A stretch of 64,000 bases of DNA from an uncultured bacterium (GTDB lineage: Bacteria > Verrucomicrobiota > Verrucomicrobiia > Limisphaerales > UBA8199). The notes under the pieces were generated by a model. It saw nothing but the letters and a program-made list of their open reading frames with translations, was not told where the DNA came from and made no database searches. Each line of letters opens with the position of its first letter. Position 1 is the first letter of the stretch. This document shows positions 53,895 through 64,000 of this stretch, piece after piece. Made by a program: the position numbers and the translations under genes. The stretch spans positions 96,001 through 160,000 of the forward strand of contig CAVVMW010000012.1 of NCBI GenBank assembly GCA_963749495.1, given 5' to 3'.

Positions 53895-54924
53895 TTAGCC
53901 TTTCCGAGAAGCCTTTCCGAGACTGGCGACCAGTTCCTCGGGCGTGACAGTGGCGGTGCCGAGCTTGCCCACAACGATGCCGGCGGCGTGATTGGAGAGG
54001 AGGGCCGCTTCGAGCGGCGAGGCCCCGGCCGCAATGGCCAGTGTGAACGAGGCAATGACGGTGTCGCCCGCGCCGGAGACGTTCGAACACCTCCTGCGAC
54101 ACGGTGGGGATGTGAAAGGGTTTCTGTCCTCGCTGGCAGAGGAGCATGCCCAGTTCACCCAGGGTGATGAGCAGGAGGGCCGGGCGGAGCTGGCTCAGCA
54201 ACTGGTCGGCCACGCGCATGAGATTGGCATCGGCCAGCGGGTTGGAGTGGCGGGTCTCATCGGGGAGCCGGGCTAGTTCGAAGGCCTCTTTGCGGTTGGG
54301 AGTGATGAGCGAGAGCCCGGACAGGTCCAGGTGATGCACGGGCTTGGGATCCAGGCTCAACCAGATGCCCCGGCTCCGGCACAGCCCCTTGACCTGGTCC
54401 AGCAATCGCTGGGTGACAACCCCCTTGCCGTAGTCGCCGATGATGACGGCCGCCGCGCCGGCACTCTTCGAGCGGAGAATGCCCGCCAGCCGGCGGCTCA
54501 GCCGCTCGTCCAACCCCTCGCGGGTCTCCCGGTCGATGCGCACGACCTGTTGTTTGTGGGCCACGATGCGGGTCTTGACGCTGGTCCTGCGCGCCGCCTG
54601 CGCCAGCACGCCCGCGCAACCGATGCGGTGCTCGCGCAGCAACTGCCGGAGCTGCCGGCCCGCCGCGTCGCGCCCCACCACCCCAAACAGCTCGGTCGGC
54701 GCCTCTAGCGAGGTCAGGTTGCGCGCCACGTTGGCGGCGCCGCCCGGCATGAAACTCTCCCGCTCCAGGTCCACCACCGGGACCGGGGCCTCGGGCGAGA
54801 TGCGCGCCACAGTGCCCCAGACGAAGTGGTCGAGCATCACGTCCCCAACCACCAGCAGCCGGCTTTGGCGGGCGCCGGCCAGGACCTGGCGCGCGCGCGC
54901 GGCGGTGAGGCGAGTGGCGTTCAT
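53895..54924 (-). CDS. D-glycero-beta-D-manno-heptose-7-phosphate kinase (HldE/RfaE kinase domain; frameshift ~54085)
   Basis: [36 protein letters not shown] and VSGAGDTV. Confidence 0.9.
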
Positions 54925-54976
54925 GCTGGGTTTGGCTGTTGAGGTCTCTTGGACCTCGGTCCAGAAGCATTTGAAC

Positions 54977-55040
54977 GCGAGGGGCGAGGGGCGAGGGGCG
55001 AGGGGCGGAGATCGCTTCCCTCGACCCTCGACCCTCGACC
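54977..55040. repeat. (CGAGGGG)n / (CCCTCGA)n inverted heptamer tracts
   Basis: Read directly. Confidence 0.8.
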
Positions 55041-55100
55041 CTCCGTTGTCCGGCTTCTCATGAACCTATGTCTAATCAAGGGTGAACCCCTCTTTCTGGT

Positions 55101-55888
55101 TTACTCAACAAACGCGGTTAGGGGGCTTGTCGGGCTGGCGGCCTCCTGCTGGCCGGGCAGGCCGGATTCGAAAGCGGCCCTGCCGGCCTCGACGGCCATA
55201 CGGAAGGCGAGGGCCATCCTGTTAGGATCGGCGGCCACGGCAATGGCGGTGTTGACCAGGACGGCGTCGGCCCCCAGCTCCATCGCCTCGGCGGCGTGGC
55301 TTGGGGCCCCAGGCCGGCGTCCACTACGACCGGCACCGTGGCCTGCTCGATGATGATGCGGAGCTGCTCGCGGGTTTGCAGGCCCCGGTTCGAGCCGATG
55401 GGCGACCCCAGGGGCATCACCGTTGCCACCCCGGCATCCTGCAACCGCTTGGCCAACACCGGGTCGGCATTGATATAGGGCAGGACCGTATAGCCCTCTC
55501 GCACGAGCACCTCGGCCGCCTTGAGCGTCTCGACCGGGTCAGGGAGCAGGTACCGCGGGTCGGGGTGGATTTCCAGCTTGATCCATTTGGGCAGGCCGGC
55601 GCTGGCCGCCAGGTGCGCCAGGCGCACTGCCTCCTGGGCGTTCATCGCGCCGCTGGTGTTGGGCACCAGCAGAAAACGGTCCGGATCGATAAACTCCAGG
55701 ATGTTGGCAAAAGGGTCCTTGCGCCCGCTCAAATCGGCCCGGCGCAAGGCCACCGTCGCCATCTCCGCCCCGCTGGCCTCCAGCGCATCGCGCATGGCCT
55801 CGGCAGAGGAGAACTTGCCCGTGCCCAGGATCAGGCGCGAATGGAAGAGGCGCCCGCTCACGCGCCATGGTTGGTTCTGCATTGGCAT
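55101..55888 (-). CDS. thiG: Thiazole synthase (frameshift ~55305)
   Basis: [28 protein letters not shown] and VLVNTAIA. Confidence 0.93.
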
Positions 55889-55962
55889 CGCGGCCAATGT
55901 AGCCACACCCCCGATGGATTGTCGAGAGCATTGGCCGGGGAGCGTATGCCGCCACCGCCCCC

Positions 55963-56072
55963 GGAGTGCGCCCGTCCCCGGGCGCAGCAGCGAGGGAGCG
56001 GGCAGGCGCGCCGCAGTACTTGACCGCTGCCCTGGCTGCGGACGTTGCTGCGCCCGAGGACGGGCGCACTCC
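55963..56072. repeat. REP-like inverted repeat GGAGTGCGCCCGTCC..GGACGGGCGCACTCC
   Basis: Inverted arms of about 27 bp read directly. Confidence 0.8.
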
Positions 56073-56193
56073 CAGCTTGCCGCAGCCGATGGGGGCGGTG
56101 CCGGGATACGCCCTTGCCCGGGGAAGGCCAGTTAATAGTCTTGACCTCGCAGTATCGTTGCTTTTAACCTTGGACACTGTTAGGCAACGATTC

Positions 56194-57219
56194 ATGTTTG
56201 CGCAACTAAAAAGCCTGTTTTCCAACGATATTGGAATAGACCTGGGGACAGCCAATTCCCTGGTCTATGTCCGGGATCGGGGGATTGTTTTGCGGGAGCC
56301 ATCGGTAGTGGCTATCCAGGCAGGCACCACGAACGTCCTGGCTGTAGGGGAAGAGGCCAAGCGGATGCTGGGACGCACGCCAGGGAACATCGTCGCAATC
56401 CGGCCCATGAAGGATGGTGTGATAGCCGACTTCGAGATTACCGAGGCGATGCTGCGGCACTTCATCCAGAAGGTCCACCACCGCAAGCTCATAGCGCCGC
56501 GGGTCGTCGTGGCGGTGCCCTCGGGCATCACCGAAGTCGAGAAGCGGGCGGTGAAGGACTCGGCAACCCATGCCGGCGCCCGCGAGGTGTACCTGATCGA
56601 GCAACCGATGGCCTCGGCGATCGGGGTCGGGTTGCCCGTGCACGAACCGGCGGGCAATATGATCGTGGATGTGGGCGGGGGGACTTGCGAGATAGCTATC
56701 ATCTCGCTGGCCGGGATCGTCTTCAGCCGGAGCCTGCGGGTGGGCGGAGACGAATTTGACGAGACGATCGTTGCGCACATGAAACGGGCGTATAATTTGA
56801 TGATAGGCGAACGCACAGCGGAAGAGATCAAGATACGAATCGGCTCTGCCTTTCCGCTGGAGCAGGAACTGACCATGGACGTCAAGGGCCGCGATTTGAG
56901 CGCAGGGTTGCCCAAAACGCTGACCATTCGCTCCGAAGAAGTTCGCGAGGCCTTGCAAGAGCCGCTTTCCAGCATTTTGGAGTCTGTCCGCATTACCCTG
57001 GAACGCTGCCCGCCGGAACTGTCCGCCGACCTGGTGGACCGTGGGATAGTCATGGCCGGCGGCGGCGCGTTGCTGCGCGGCATAGATCGGCTGGTGGCTG
57101 AGGAGACCGGGTTGCCGGTCCACATAGCCGACGACCCGCTCAGCGCGGTGGCCGAAGGCACCGGGCGGGTGTTGCAGGAACTCCAATTTCTCAAGCGGGT
57201 CTCTTCCAACTCCAAGTAG
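56194..57219 (+). CDS. mreB: Rod shape-determining protein MreB
   Basis: [32 protein letters not shown] and GGGALL. Confidence 0.97.
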   Translation: MFAQLKSLFSNDIGIDLGTANSLVYVRDRGIVLREPSVVAIQAGTTNVLAVGEEAKRMLGRTPGNIVAIRPMKDGVIADFEITEAMLRHFIQKVHHRKLIAPRVVVAVPSGITEVEKRAVKDSATHAGAREVYLIEQPMASAIGVGLPVHEPAGNMIVDVGGGTCEIAIISLAGIVFSRSLRVGGDEFDETIVAHMKRAYNLMIGERTAEEIKIRIGSAFPLEQELTMDVKGRDLSAGLPKTLTIRSEEVREALQEPLSSILESVRITLERCPPELSADLVDRGIVMAGGGALLRGIDRLVAEETGLPVHIADDPLSAVAEGTGRVLQELQFLKRVSSNSK

Positions 57220-57377
57220 TTCCCTCCTGTCATCACGCCGCCCATTCCGGCCTTTGGACCGAAGACGGTCACGCCAGATGGGAATGGGCGGGGCGTTCCG
57301 GGGCCGGTCTGTCCGCGCCTGCCCCGGACCCGGCGGCTGGATGAGTTATTCCAGCCCTGACAAAGCAAGAAGTTTAG

Positions 57378-58185
57378 ATGTTGAAACGTCCGCCTTATAT
57401 AGTGCTGGGCCTGGTCGTGGTGCTGACGCTGGTCATTCTCAGCTTGCCAAGCCACACCAAGGCCCGGCTCAAGCTGGGCATCGGCAGCCTGTTCCTGCCC
57501 TTGCTGGGCCTGGTCCACTCCTCCCAGCAGGGGGCCGGGGCCGTGCTCGACTCGGTGGTGCCCCGGGGCGAATTGGTGCGCCAGAACGAGGCGCTGCGCC
57601 AGGAAAACCATGACCTGCGTTTCAAGCTCATGCGGGCGGACACCCTCGACCGGGAGAACGCCCGGCTCCGCCAACTCCTGGGCTGGCAATCCCAGTTGCG
57701 CCGCAAGATGAAACTCGCCAGCGTCGTCCTGCGCGAGCCCCTCCAACTGGTGGCGCGCCGTCCAGATCGACCTCGGCACCCGCGACGGCATGACCGAGAA
57801 CCTCACCGTTCTGAGCCCCGACGGCTGCCTGGTGGGGCGCATCGCCCTGGTCAGTCTGACCCGCTCCCAGGTCATCCTGGTGGGGGACTCCAATTGCAAG
57901 GTGGCGGCCGTCGTCGAAAACGAGAGCCGTTACAACGGCGTCATTGGCGCCTCCGATCCCCTGGACCGGGGCATTGTCAGACTGGCTTACCTCTACAGCA
58001 ACGCCGACCTCAAACCCGGGCAGTGGGTCAAGACCAACGGTTTGGGCGGGAGCTTTCCCCCAGACATCCCCATCGGCAGGCTCGTGGACTCCCAACCGAT
58101 CGAATTCGGCTTCGGCGCCGTCGCCCAAGTCAAGCTGGCCGCCAATCTCGACGCCCTCGAAGAAGTTTGGGTGCTGGTGCCATGA
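57378..58185 (+). CDS. mreC: Rod shape-determining protein MreC (frameshift ~57740)
   Basis: TM, coiled coil ENARLRQLL, GCLVGRI and TNGLGGSFPPDIPIG; operon position. Confidence 0.88.
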
Positions 58186-58420
58186 ACAAGCGGCCTCACA
58201 ATCATTATCGCAACCTTTGTCGCAACCTTTGTCGCGGCCTTTGTCGCGGCATGGCCAACTCGACAAAGGTTCCGACAAAGGTTGCGACAAAGGTCCCGAC
58301 TCGCGGCTTGCCCGCCGCTCTAAGGGACACAAGGGACGAAAGCGACAAAAGCGACAGCATTCGTCATTCGTCATTCGTCATTCGTCATTCCGCACTCCCC
58401 ACTCCGCACTCCGCACTTAA

Positions 58421-58973
58421 ATGACCTGGCTCACCACCATCCTCCTGCTCGGGGCGGCCTACCTGGCGGTGTTTTGGGAGGCGGCGTTCAGCAGCCTGCG
58501 CCAGTTGTTGGGCGCGCAGATTGACTTGTTGCCGCCGCTGATGGTCTATGCGGGTTTGTGCGCGGGTCCGGCCACCATTGCCCTGGTAGCCGTTTGCGGC
58601 GGGCTTTGGCTGGATTCCCTCTCGGTCAATCCCCTGGGCATCAGCGTGTTGCCGCTGCTCCTGGCGGGGCTGACGATCTACCTCGAGCCGGGAACTGATC
58701 TTGCGGGAGCAGGTCTTTGCGCAAGTGATTTTGGGCCTGGCAGCCAGCGCGGGAGTGCCGCTCATAACCTTGCTCCTGCTGCTGACCACCGGCCACAAGC
58801 CGCTCCTGGGCTGGGGCACCCTCTGGCAACTGGCGGTCCTGACCGCCGGAGGCGGCCTGGCCACTCCGGTTTGTTTCGTTCTTTTTGACTGGCTCCACGA
58901 CTCGCTGGCCCATGGCCGGCCCGCAGAGACCAGCTTCCGGCCAGACCACGAGATGCGGCGGGGACGAGGGTGA
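58421..58973 (+). CDS. mreD: Rod shape-determining protein MreD (frameshift ~58685)
   Basis: Hydrophobic, GGLWLDSLS..PLG; lies between mreC and mrdA. Confidence 0.8.
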
Positions 58974-59332
58974 GGAATGACGAATGACGAATGACGAATG
59001 ACGAATGACGAAAGCCCCTCAGGAACAGAGTCATGGCATATTGAAAGAATGAAATGATAGCAGGAGCAACAGATCGGCAACACTGGATCTCCTCCGGAGA
59101 GACTGCCTTGCACCGCGTAGCGGTGCTGGAAGGTAGCCGTGGACTTCCAGTCCACGGGTCCCCAGTCGAAGATCACCACCGTCGCGTAGCGACGGCTGAA
59201 AACGCGATTCGCGGCGGCGGCGCGCCAACATCAGGCGTCGCTACGCGACGCGCGGACCCGCCAACGCTCCGAACCGTGGACTGGAAGTCCACGGCTACCA
59301 TCACTGCGTCGCTACGCGACGCGTCTTGACCC

Positions 59333-61372
59333 ATGCTGATTTTTGACCAACTGCGAAAAGACGACCCGCAACTGCGCGCGGTGGCGGTGATGGTGCTGGT
59401 CGGGCTGGGGATATTGCTGGGCGGGCTGTGGTGGGTGCAGGTGGTCTCGGCTCGGGACTACCAGGACTCGCTGGAGACGCAGTCCTACCGGACAGTCCGC
59501 GTCCCGGCGGTGCGGGGAAAGATCCTCGACCGCAACGGGGTGGTGCTGGCGGAGAACCGCCCCTCTTACAACATCAGCCTCTACCTGGAAGAGTTGCACA
59601 GGCCTTTCAGGGCGGCCTACGCGAAGGCGCTCGTCCGCGCGCAAGTCCAGGCCAGGCAACGCCTGGACCAGGAGCAGCATCGGCTCAAGCGCCGGTTGAC
59701 CAAGGAAGAGCGCAAGAAGCTGGCGCTCTCCAGCGCCGACAAGGAGTTGCTGCGCCGCGACGCGCGTTGGGCCGTGGCCAGCAACGTCGTGGCCGAGCTG
59801 AGCCGGCGCCTGGGACAGCCCCTCTCGCTCGATGTCACCAATTTCGAGGCGCATTTCCAGATCTCCCTGGCCCTGCCCTACCCGGTCCTGCCCGGCCTTA
59901 CCTCGACCCAGATTGCCCGGTTCGAGGAACAGTGTACCGGCATCCTCGGGGCGGATCTCGAGATGCAATCCACGCGGGTCTATCCCTTCCAAACCACGGC
60001 CGCGCACGTGCTCGGCTATTTGCGGCGGGACGTTGACTCCGCCGAAGGCGAGGAGGCCTTCTTCTCCTACCGGTTGCCCGATTATCGCGGGGTGGTCGGC
60101 ATCGAGGGAGGCTACGACAAGAAGCTGCGCGGCACCGCTGGCGCCAAGTCCGTCCTGGTGAACAATATCGGTTACTACCAGGCCGAGAACGTCTGGAGGG
60201 CGGCCGAGCCGGGGCACAACGTGGTCTTGACCCTGGACGTGCGCATCCAGCAGGCGGCCGAGAAGGCCCTGCAGGACAAATTCGGTCCTGCCACGCGCGG
60301 AGCGGTCGTGGTCATGGACGTGAACACCGGCGACATCCTGGCCATGGCGTCATCGCCCACATTCAATCCAAACCACCCGATCCAGAAGTTCCCTCCGGGC
60401 GAATACCAGCGCTGGAACGACCCCCTGCTGCGCCCCACCGTGAACCGCGCCACCTTCGAGAATTACCAGCCCGGCTCGATCTTCAAGACCGTGGTGGCGA
60501 TGGCCTGCCTGGAACAAGGGCTTGACCCCAAGGAAGTAATCTACAATCCTGGCTCCATCCGGATTGGCCGGGGCAAGCCGATTCCGGACCTGGCCCTCCC
60601 CGGGTACTATGATTTCGCGCGGGCCTTCAGGAAATCGAGCAACGTCTATTTCATCACCAACGGCCTGCGGGCCGGAGCTGCCAGCATCGTTCGCATCGGC
60701 CAGCGCCTGCACCTGGGCGAGAGAATTGGCCTGCCCACCCGCCAGGAAACCCCGGGCACCTTCCCCTCGTGGCAGACCATCAGCGCAAACTGGCATGATG
60801 GAGACACCGCCAACCTCTGCCTCGGCCAGGGCCTGATTGATGTCACCCCGCTCCAGATGGCCGTGCTCACCTCCGCCATCGCCAATGACGGGAAGGTTTT
60901 GTGGCCGCGCCTGGTCGCCCGAATCGAGCCCCAGGACCCTGCCTCGGGCGAAACGCCCGAGGTCTTCCCTGAGAGCCGCCTGCGCGATGAACTGGGCGTC
61001 AAGCCGCGCACCCTGGCCCTTCTGAGGGACGCGATGCTCCAGGACGTGGAGGATGTCGACAGCACGGGGCATGAAGCGAAGGTGCCCGGCCTGAGCATCT
61101 GCGGCAAGACCGGGACGGCGCAGAAAAAGGACGTCTATGGCCACCTCAAGGAGCACTTCACCTGGTTCATCTCCTTTGCCCCCTGCGAGCACCCCCGCTA
61201 TGCAGTCGTCGTAATGGTCGAGGTCGAGCACGGCGGTTCCGGCGCCACGATCTGCGCGCCCGTGGCGCAAAAGATTTACCTGGCCTTGCAACAGTGCGAT
61301 CCGCTCAGGCTGGCCAAACCCGCCGTGGTGGCCCAGGGCGTCAAACCCACTCCCACTCCGCGCGCGCCGTGA
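59333..61372 (+). CDS. mrdA: Penicillin-binding protein 2
   Basis: RGKILDRNG, SIFK (SxxK), SSN and KTG motifs. Confidence 0.93.
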   Translation: MLIFDQLRKDDPQLRAVAVMVLVGLGILLGGLWWVQVVSARDYQDSLETQSYRTVRVPAVRGKILDRNGVVLAENRPSYNISLYLEELHRPFRAAYAKALVRAQVQARQRLDQEQHRLKRRLTKEERKKLALSSADKELLRRDARWAVASNVVAELSRRLGQPLSLDVTNFEAHFQISLALPYPVLPGLTSTQIARFEEQCTGILGADLEMQSTRVYPFQTTAAHVLGYLRRDVDSAEGEEAFFSYRLPDYRGVVGIEGGYDKKLRGTAGAKSVLVNNIGYYQAENVWRAAEPGHNVVLTLDVRIQQAAEKALQDKFGPATRGAVVVMDVNTGDILAMASSPTFNPNHPIQKFPPGEYQRWNDPLLRPTVNRATFENYQPGSIFKTVVAMACLEQGLDPKEVIYNPGSIRIGRGKPIPDLALPGYYDFARAFRKSSNVYFITNGLRAGAASIVRIGQRLHLGERIGLPTRQETPGTFPSWQTISANWHDGDTANLCLGQGLIDVTPLQMAVLTSAIANDGKVLWPRLVARIEPQDPASGETPEVFPESRLRDELGVKPRTLALLRDAMLQDVEDVDSTGHEAKVPGLSICGKTGTAQKKDVYGHLKEHFTWFISFAPCEHPRYAVVVMVEVEHGGSGATICAPVAQKIYLALQQCDPLRLAKPAVVAQGVKPTPTPRAP

Positions 61373-62588
61373 ACGCTGCCACTGCCATCCTCAACGAACG
61401 CCAGCCGCGATTTGACCGGCTCCAACTGGCCGCCCTGTGCTGCCTGATGCTCCTGGGCGCGGCCTTTGTCTATAGCGCCCGCCTGGGGACCGAATCGGCC
61501 GCCACGGCCCCGTGGTATAACCAGACCTGGTTCCGGCAGATCCTCTGGTATCTGCTGGGCGCCGGGGCCGGCGTGGGCCTGGCGCTGGCCGACTACCACA
61601 CTTTGGCCCACTGGGCGATGGTCATCTACTGGGCGTCGCTGCTCCCGCTAGGCGCCGTGCTGGTGCCCGGCATCGGCACCACCCACGGCTGGGGCGCCAT
61701 GCGCTGGATTGATCTCGGGTTCTTCCAGTTCCAGCCCTCGGAGTTCGCCAAGCTCAGTTTCATCCTGGCCCAGGCCCATTTCCTGGCCGGCCCCCCGATG
61801 AGTTGCGGCTCCCATCCAATGTCCTCAAATCGCTCGGGTTGCTCCTGCTGCCCTTTGTGCTGGTGATGAAAGAGCCGGACCTGGGCTCGGCGCTGGTGCT
61901 GGCGCCAACGGGGTTCCTCATGATGTATGTGGCCGGGGTGCCCCGGCTTTACCTGACGCGGTTGCTCGGCGTGGCCGGCATCCTCGGGGCGTTGTTCCTG
62001 GTGGATGTGCTGTTTGCGCCGCCCAACTGGCAGGTTACATTGCAGGATTATCAGAAAAAGCGGCTCCTGGTCTATTTTGGCAGGGACTATACTGCGCTTC
62101 CGGGCGCGTCCAAGGCCAAGCGCGCTGAGTTGCGAAAGCTCCAGTTCGACGATTCGCACAATGTGCGGCAGGCATTGATTTCCGTCGGCTCCGGCGGGCT
62201 GATCGGCAAAGGCTGGCAGCGTGGGACCCAAAAGGCCCTGGGCTACCTGCCGCCGACTGTGGCGCACAACGACTTCATTTTCTCCGTCATTGCCGAGGAG
62301 GAAGGGTTTGTCGGCAGCGTGATGGTCATCACGCTTTATGGGGTGCTCCTGTTTACGGGCATCCGCATCGCCGGCCAGGCGCGCGACCGCCTGGGCAAGT
62401 TGATGGCTGTGGGAGTGGTTGCCCTGCTCTTCAGCCACGTTTTCATCAATATCGGCATGAACATCCGAATGATGCCCGTGACGGGCGTGCCACTGCCGTT
62501 GCTCAGCGCAGGCGGCTCGTCAGTGCTCTGCTCTTTGATCGCCATGGGCTGGTTGCAAAGTGTGTATATCTATCGAAAGGCTTACTAA
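61369..62588 (+). CDS. rodA: Rod shape-determining protein RodA (frameshift ~61790)
   Basis: RWIDLG, QPSEFAK, EPDLGSA, HNDFIF and PVTGVPLPLLS. Confidence 0.92.
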
Positions 62589-62591
62589 ACT

Positions 62592-64000
62592 ATGAGTGAG
62601 AGGAACTTTTCCCGGCGGCGGCGCCACATGCGCTTCCGCCCCAGCGGCGGCTTGGGTCATGCCCAGCCCCCGCGGCCCGACCGCGAGGCGCTCGCCGCCC
62701 GCGCCGAGGCCACCACCGGCCAGGTCTCGACCCCGGACCGGGTCTATGAGACCCGGCACACGCAGGAAATCGAGCGCGCCGAGAACGTCGCCGCGGGCCT
62801 GCCCCCGGAAGGCGCCCCCGAGAACCAGGCCGCCGAGGCCGCCGCCCAAGGCGGCTTCCGCGAACCCCACCTCGAAACCCCCGCCCAGGTGCAGGAGGAC
62901 AGACCCTTCGAGCCCATCCCGGTCCGCGAGGCCCCCAAGGGCATCCTCGACACCATCCGCACTGCCGCCGCCACCCTCGTCCAGAAGGTCCAGCGCCTCA
63001 TCAAGCCCGTCAAACGCGTCCACAAAGAGGTCATCCTCAACGCCGAGACCCTCGAAACCCGCGTGGCCGTGCTCGAAGAGGGCCGCCTCGAAGAGTTCAA
63101 CATCGAGCGCACCACCGAGGAGCGCCTGGTCGGCAGCATCTTCAAAGGCAAAGTCCGCAACCTCCAAGACGACCTCAAGGCCGCCTTCGTGGACATCGGC
63201 TTCGAAAAGAACGCCTTTCTTCATTACTGGGACATCGTCCCCAGCACCTTTGACAGCGGCGTCGAGATCGTCGAGCGCGAGGGCAAACGCCGGGACAAGC
63301 CCAAGATCACCCAGAAAGACATCCCCCGCGTTTATCCGCCGGGCAGCGAGATCATCGTCCAGGTCACCAAGGGCCCGATCGGCACCAAGGGCCCCCGCGT
63401 GACGACCAACCTGGTGCTGCCCGGCCGTTATCTGGTCCTGCTGCCCAACTCCGACCAGAGCGGCATCTCGCGCAAGATCGAGAACCCCCAGGAACGCCAG
63501 CGCCTCAAGAAGATCCTCCGCGGCCTCTCCATCCCCGAGGGCATGGGCGTCATCATGCGCACCGTCGGCGAAGCCCAGCAGATGCGCTATTTCGTCCGCG
63601 ACCTGGCCCTGCTCCTGGAGGAATGGCGCCTCATCCAGGACCGCATCAAGGAGGGGCACCCGGCATCCTGCGTCTTCCAGGAGCCCGACCTCATCGAGCG
63701 CACCGTGCGCGACTTCCTCACCGAGGACGTCGAGCGCATCGTCGTGGACAACCCCAGGGCCTACGAACGGATGCGCGAGATGATCGCCAAAATCTCCGCC
63801 CGCGCCGCAAACAAGGCCAAGCTCTACTCCGAGCCCCAGCCCATCTTCGACCGCTTCAATATCACCCGCCAATTGGAAAACGCCTTCTCCCGCCAGGTCC
63901 ATCTCAAGAGCGGCGGCTATATCGTGGTGGACGAGACCGAGGCCCTGGTGGCCATCGATGTGAACACCGGCCGGCACAAGGGCGGCAAAGACCAGGAATC
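62592..64000 (+). CDS. Rne/Rng family ribonuclease, 3'-partial
   Basis: Translated from ATG 62592: ETRVAVLEEG, GSIFKGKV, AAFVDIG, VQVTKGPIGTKGPR and AIDVNTG. Confidence 0.92.
   Translation, partial: MSERNFSRRRRHMRFRPSGGLGHAQPPRPDREALAARAEATTGQVSTPDRVYETRHTQEIERAENVAAGLPPEGAPENQAAEAAAQGGFREPHLETPAQVQEDRPFEPIPVREAPKGILDTIRTAAATLVQKVQRLIKPVKRVHKEVILNAETLETRVAVLEEGRLEEFNIERTTEERLVGSIFKGKVRNLQDDLKAAFVDIGFEKNAFLHYWDIVPSTFDSGVEIVEREGKRRDKPKITQKDIPRVYPPGSEIIVQVTKGPIGTKGPRVTTNLVLPGRYLVLLPNSDQSGISRKIENPQERQRLKKILRGLSIPEGMGVIMRTVGEAQQMRYFVRDLALLLEEWRLIQDRIKEGHPASCVFQEPDLIERTVRDFLTEDVERIVVDNPRAYERMREMIAKISARAANKAKLYSEPQPIFDRFNITRQLENAFSRQVHLKSGGYIVVDETEALVAIDVNTGRHKGGKDQE

Noticed and set aside
55890..56190. 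TPP riboswitch upstream of thiG
   Set aside because: No CTGAGA/TPP core seen; the structure present is a REP-like inverted repeat
39307..62588. Frameshifts in leuB, GH127, speA, hldE-like, thiG, mreC, mreD and rodA as pseudogenes or programmed frameshifts
   Set aside because: Single-base shifts scattered through conserved genes, several at homopolymer runs, are best explained as long-read indel errors. The same applies to the helicase, ligase, primase and giant gene.
1..64000. tRNA/rRNA genes or an att site
   Set aside because: None recognised by eye; a tRNAscan-SE/Infernal run would be needed to exclude them

Overview
GC-rich bacterial window. The gene content resembles Verrucomicrobiota (inference). 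Frequent single-base frameshifts in housekeeping genes suggest long-read indel errors. It has three parts. (1) 1-22370 is a co-oriented accessory block resembling a plasmid, ICE or large phage. It encodes an SNF2/DEAH helicase, its own beta clamp, an AAA ATPase, a 5'-3' exonuclease, a degenerate prepilin peptidase, an ATP-dependent ligase followed by two possible Ku-like genes, a DUF3854/Toprim primase fusion and a giant repeat-rich secreted protein. (2) 22371-24653 is an IS1380-like element that truncates the giant gene. Its transposase is broken twice by the same 20-bp perfect palindrome, and removing both copies restores an intact 455-aa ORF. (3) 24654-64000 is host chromosome: oxidoreductase, ECF sigma, an eroded two-component cluster, trmL-truA-ruvX-hemL, WYL regulator, leuB, GH127, four sigma54-type pilin genes (three sharing a leader motif), speA, hldE-like kinase, thiG, mreBCD-mrdA-rodA and an RNase E/G gene. 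Many REP-like elements and short tandem-repeat hairpins lie between genes. Best novelty candidates: the 20-bp palindromic micro-insertion, the ligase plus two-Ku-like module, and the pilin leader motif. All family calls come from motif recognition by eye, not from database searches.
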